Shown: in pieces, positions 59,041-64,000 of the stretch
Numbering within the stretch: the stretch's first letter is position 1
Layout: every line of letters begins with the position of its first letter
Made by a program: the position numbers and the translations under genes
The notes under the pieces: generated by a model
Told to the model about the DNA's origin: nothing
The model's database searches: none
The model's input: the letters and a program-made list of their open reading frames with translations, nothing else
Source: Ylistrum balloti
Lineage: Eukaryota
Length of the DNA stretch: 64,000 nucleotides
Assembly (NCBI RefSeq): GCF_031769215.1
Contig: NW_026782064.1
Span: 310,001 to 374,000 of the forward strand
Reading direction: 5' to 3'

Positions 59041-59841
59041 CGCGAGAGCCTACCTTCATCTACATTCCATCCCATATACCTGACGATCTTTCAAAGTCAT
59101 CCAATATCGAAAGTGATGATTTTTTGGAGCTGGAGTATCTTGCAGGTTTTCCCACCTTATTTTGATTCCAATCGTCCCCTACGTGAATACTTTTTCACCT
59201 CTTACACACGTATGCCCTTTTGGTAAGAGGTGAGTGGACAAACTAAGAAGCCAAACGACCGACAACGTATTATATACACTTGGCTAAACATTTTATGTAT
59301 ATAACCTTCATTATGCATTTTTTAACTAAAAATGATTTTTTCTTTCGTAAAAATAAACCTTGTTAGTAAAGCACAAAGATTGCCATGGCTCGGGTAAGTA
59401 TTGAAAAACCAGAATGACCTTGCAAAGAGGGAAAGCTGCAATTTAAAACGAATAAAAAATTATGGAATTATGGTAGAATGCTTTGGCCCTGGGAAACGCT
59501 CCATAGTACCTCCACAGACTCTGACATGAAGGTTGACGGGATGAGAGAGAGGTGGTAAACGAACATTTTCCGGAACATCCAAATATTCAACTCGTTACTT
59601 CAATTACTTGCCCAATCAAAACACCTGGACAATGGCCACATGAGGGACAGGAATTGCAGCAAATACTACGAGAGCTGACAGATAGGTTGTGACCCTTGTA
59701 TTGAAGAAGTTAAACAGAGATGTCCTTTTTCTGCTCTACTATTCCCCGACTATTTAAGGTTGTGTACCCGAAGACTGGTGCCATTTGGTCAATTAATGTC
59801 AAAGAGGTAGCACTCTAAAGTAAACAAGTGACTTTTGTAAA

Positions 59842-60760
59842 ATGGACAAAATCGCTGAAAGAGCAGTGCAGTGATATATCAATATTTGAAAGGTCTAGCA
59901 TACTGATATGGTAGCAAAACTAGGGAATGATGTCCCTTCATATTCTACAGCGAAAGTGTGTGTGACGGGATTTAAGCATGGCAGGCAGAGTATTGAGGAT
60001 GACGCCGGTCACTGTTGCAACCCTTGAAATAGTCAATAAAGTCCATGATAGTGTTATGGCTGACAGGCAAGTGACAGAGGGATATATAGCCAGTACATTT
60101 TGGATTTCACAGGAAAGAATTCATGCCATTCTTACGGAAGATCTTGAAATGAGAAAGCACTCAGCCTGTTGGGTACCCAGACTTCTGACAGCTGAGCAGA
60201 AGCACACCAGGCGGACTTTGTTGATTTCTAATCTGAACCTGTTAGGTGCAGATCCTGCTACCTGTCAGCAGAGGTTTGTGATTATGGATGAAATGTGAGT
60301 CCATCAATTTACCCAACAGTTGAAACTATGGCAGCACCCTGGTTCAATCCTTCTTAAGAAGGTAAAAGGTGGTTTATCAGCTGGAAAGGTTATGGCCTCG
60401 GTTTTCTAGGTTGCTTATAGTATTCTGATGGTAGGACAAACAATCAATGTCACATATTATGCATCACTTATTAGCCAGTTAAGATAAAATATTGAACTCA
60501 ATGCCGTAGCAAACTCAGTAAAGGTGTGTTGTTCCACCAGGATAATGCCCCTGTTCACAAGTCTGTCATTGTCATGGCTATCATAATGATAACAATCTGG
60601 CTTCATCAGACTTTCATCTATTTCGAAAATCGAAAAAGGCCACTACTGGTACCGACTTTTGCTTAGATGATGACTTTATACATGCTGTAGAGGACTCTCT
60701 GAATGGTCAAGAAAAAAGAACTTCTTTATATGTGGCATTGAGGCCCTTACACTCAAAAAT
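59842..60760 (+). mobile_element. Decayed mariner (DD34D-type) transposase
   Basis: MDKIAERAV start; ILTEDLEMRKHSACWVPRLLT, RFVIMDEM*VH, SAGKVMASVF and cag-gat-aat-gcc-cct (QDNAP) match mariner motifs WVPRLL, TMDETWVH, SAGKVMASVFWD and HQDNAP; several stops and frameshifts; TIRs not found. Confidence 0.9.
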
Positions 60761-63119
60761 CACCTTGTCATTTGTGTTTACAACCCTCAACACGCTATCT
60801 ATCAACAATATTATCTATGACATCTTTCCAAAGGCAGGCAATGTTCAATTAAAATTAATTTTGGTATCACTGATTAACTCATCATACGAGACTTTCTAAG
60901 TCTCACATCTCTAAAATGGACTTATGTGGTGAGGGTTTGGCCAGTCCAAGTCCTATGGTTGGTCATAGACCACACATACCGAAGAGCCGTCCTCACTTTC
61001 ACGTAAACACATTCTGCCTCCAGGAATGAACTTGTAAAGACAAAGGACAGAACACGATGGTATAACAATAAGATGAAAGAATGAAATGACAAATGATTGG
61101 TGACTGTTATTTAAGAAAACTTAAGAGAAGATTTAAGAGTATATTGTGTTAAATGATATACTTTATTTAAGGAATATTATTTTTGTAGTAAGCATAAACT
61201 ATTGGTCAAGAATTACATTGGGTGGGTAAACAGAGACAAATTCTTTAAATTACAGTTTTATACTACAATTTTTTAATTTTAGGTGTGTTTATGACTTAGT
61301 TTTAGATCAGCATTACTGGTCATTATTCTGTTTTAGTGAACATAAGACACAGAAAAGTGATTGACAATGACTAGTTAGTAGTATATCAACAACATTGATC
61401 TGGTGATTACTTCCTTAAAACACCACATGCAACTAGTTTACGGAAAGTGGCTGGTATCAAACTATCTTTTTCTTTTGTCTGCATCGAAATGTAGACATCA
61501 AAATGTAGACATGGCAAAACCAAGAGTGTAGTCTTTTATCTCTGATACAAAGTTGTTTTTTTAAGCATCTTCCAATGCATCTAACTGACTTATGAATAAT
61601 ACTTGAAGAAATGTCACACTACTGTGTCAAGTCTATATTATAACGTTCAGACTTGCTCCATCACATGTGGACATGATCTACATATGGCTTCCAGGGTTTA
61701 AAACTCTCAAGAAATGACATACTGCTTATATTATGTTGCTTTGTTTCTGTGTTCTACAATCCTAAAACTATCTGGATAGAAACACAATGAAGTTTAAACT
61801 GAAAATGTGCTCTTCAGGTAAAAAGTCAGAAAGTTGTCAGTTTGTTAGCAGTAACTGTATTTTAGGATTTTTTCTTTGTGTAGCTGAACCAATCAGTAAG
61901 ATTTTATTCATTATTTTATCTCAATGTGTCTCCACACTTTTATACTGTATTTAATGGGGCTCAGCTGCCAGAGCAGAGTTTTTTGAGTTTTTGATGTACA
62001 CTTATATAACTCCCATTTACATGCAGGTTCGAGTAATCCACCAAAAATAAAACCGAGATATCTTTTCCTGTCCAAAACTCTGCTTATTTCCATCCAGCAG
62101 GGTAGACTGTACCTCTTTCCACTGATCTTACTTGAAGGAATATCAGTACCCTTCTCATTTGTAACATCTGTTGTAATCACCTGATCCCACATCTCATACA
62201 TACAGTTTCACATATTATTCTCTCTAACAAGTCTTGAGATTGACAATCTCCATCTTTTGACTGTCAAGCCTTCTGGTAGCTTTCTCTCTTATTATATCTG
62301 TTTGTTAGGTCACATTCTTCTCCAAAACAACATTTCATCAATCTTTTAATGGCCCTAAAGACCTTATCTGTGTTGCTGGATTATAGACCAATCACCATCA
62401 TAAATTACTAACACAACACCAAACAATATATTTCTATTTTTATTTTTATGTGATATTTTACTCATCGTCATCATTCTATACATATTAATTTTACTAAACA
62501 GTATATATATATGTATGTTTGGTTAATCTCAGGATGTTAACTTAAAAATCATCATATATTCTCAGTTACATGTTAAAAGTACAAATTCAGCCAAGGATAA
62601 CACAGTCAAAATGACCTTCATCTTTACAATGGGAAACCCTATTCCACTTATTAGTAAGTTCAAGTACTTGTCCTTTCATCATTTATTTGAACTTTTCTTG
62701 GAATTTCAACATCCATCTAATGACTTTCTAACATCAATTGTAATGACTTGTTCTCATGTCGATTCCATACACATCTTTTTGTCTTCTATCAACAATTTTG
62801 AATTTCATCATCTTTGTCTTTTTACAAGTCTTTCAATATCTTTCCCTTTGATTTTATTCATTCTGTTTCTCCCCTGGGTTTTACTGTAATTAGCTATAGC
62901 ATCCAATATTTTTTAAATTCAAGCATTTAATTCTATCATTTTTTGTTTCCCCATCCTCACAACAAATTTCATCATCCCTTTTTGTCTTTTATCAGATATT
63001 TATAAACTTATCCCTGGCCCTTCTATCTATTCCTTAAGTCTCTTGGTTTAAAAAAAACTCTTTGAGGTCTGGTTCCAAGTCTTTCCCATGAGATTTTTAT
63101 TGCCTGAAGAAGCATAAGT

Positions 63120-63728
63120 CTTCTATGTCAGGTAGCCTTAAAGCATACCAAAGGTCTTCTATATCTGTGTAGCCTTATGACATACAGAAGGTCATCTATG
63201 TCTGTGTAGCCTTATGACATACAGGTCTTCTATGTTTGTGTAGCCTTATGACATACAGAAGGTCATCTATGTCTGTGTAGCCTTATGACATACAGGTCTT
63301 CTATGTTTGTGTAGCCTTATGACATACAGAAGGTCATCTATGTCTGTGTAGCCTTATGACATACAGAAGGTCTTCTATGTCTGTGTAGCCTTATGACATA
63401 CAGGTCTTCTATGTTTGTGTAGCCTTATGACATACAGAAGGTCTTCTATGTCTGTGTAGCCTTATGACATACAGAAAGCCTTCTATGTCTGTGTAGCCTT
63501 ATGACATACAGGTCTTCTATGTCTGTTTAGCCTTATGACATACAGAAGGTCTTCTATGTCTGTGTAGCCTTATGACATACAGAAAGCCTTCTATGTCTGT
63601 GTAGCCTTATGACATACAGAAGGTCTTCTATGTCTGTGTAGCCTTATGACATACAGAAAGCCTTCTATGTCTGTGTAGCCTTATGACATACAGAAGGTCT
63701 TCTATGTCTGTGTAGCCTTATGACATAC
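63120..63728. repeat. 37-bp minisatellite (34-bp variants), about 17 copies
   Basis: Unit ttctatgtctgtgtagccttatgacatacagaaggtc. Confidence 0.98.
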
Positions 63729-64000
63729 AAACAGGCAATATTGCAATGAAAATTCAAACAAAAACTGCACTTTCAAGCTTCATGTAATTGCAAATTGTTC
63801 TTTTGTAAATCTGTATTAAGCTTTGAAATAATATACACAAAAAAGACTTGGGTCTTCTTTCAATTGATTTTTATCCTAAAACTAGTAATTTACTTATACA
63901 ATACAGGTGATTATTACTAACAATTTTCAGGATGTGAAAAATAATTTGAAATTATTTCTTGAAAGAAAACCATTTATCTAAATCTTTGATGTCTATCATG

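Noticed and set aside
59600-60900. TIRs and TA TSD for the mariner remnant
   Set aside because: No inverted terminal pair could be identified; the element is too decayed, so boundaries are given from coding similarity only.
61860-63110. Purine-rich minus-strand region with hints of decayed gag or zinc-knuckle text (CMRCG, SGDYNRCYK) and ORFs 61911-62201 and 62611-62889
   Set aside because: No contiguous recognisable motif set. Possibly an old retroelement, but I cannot support a family call without a tBLASTx or HMM search.

Overview
AT-rich eukaryotic (animal) genomic DNA, most likely a mollusc/bivalve-type lophotrochozoan (inferred from repeat families and gene style, not provable here). 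No prokaryotic features, rRNA, tRNA or CRISPR seen. I could assemble two spliced genes by hand, both on the minus strand and both encoding secreted proteases. (1) A complete astacin (M12A) metalloprotease with signal peptide, prodomain, [15 protein letters not shown] zinc motif, Thr/His linker and C-terminal MAM domain (CDS 53274..46030, 473-477 aa). It uses 13-, 18- and possibly 12-nt microexons and has a TATA/Inr promoter. (2) A 5'-complete but window-truncated trypsin-family serine protease with two N-terminal F5/8-type-C (discoidin) domains and an RHKR|VVGG activation site (exons from 25167 down to 632). Between the genes lies a decayed BEL/Pao LTR retrotransposon (34119-43578, 220-bp LTRs). 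Its gag ORF is split at codon 24 by a 3042-bp hAT-like DNA transposon with 16-bp TIRs, an unusual 5-bp TSD and an apparently intact two-exon transposase. Also present: Penelope-like RT fragments, a decayed mariner transposase, CORE-SINE-like boxes and more than ten minisatellite arrays. Most long ORFs in the supplied track are artefacts of these arrays. The most notable oddities are an intronic 54-bp array whose units each rebuild the exon's YAG|GTAGGT junction plus CRE/E-box motifs, and three adjacent satellites (60, 36/37, 39 bp) sharing one GPD-type core.
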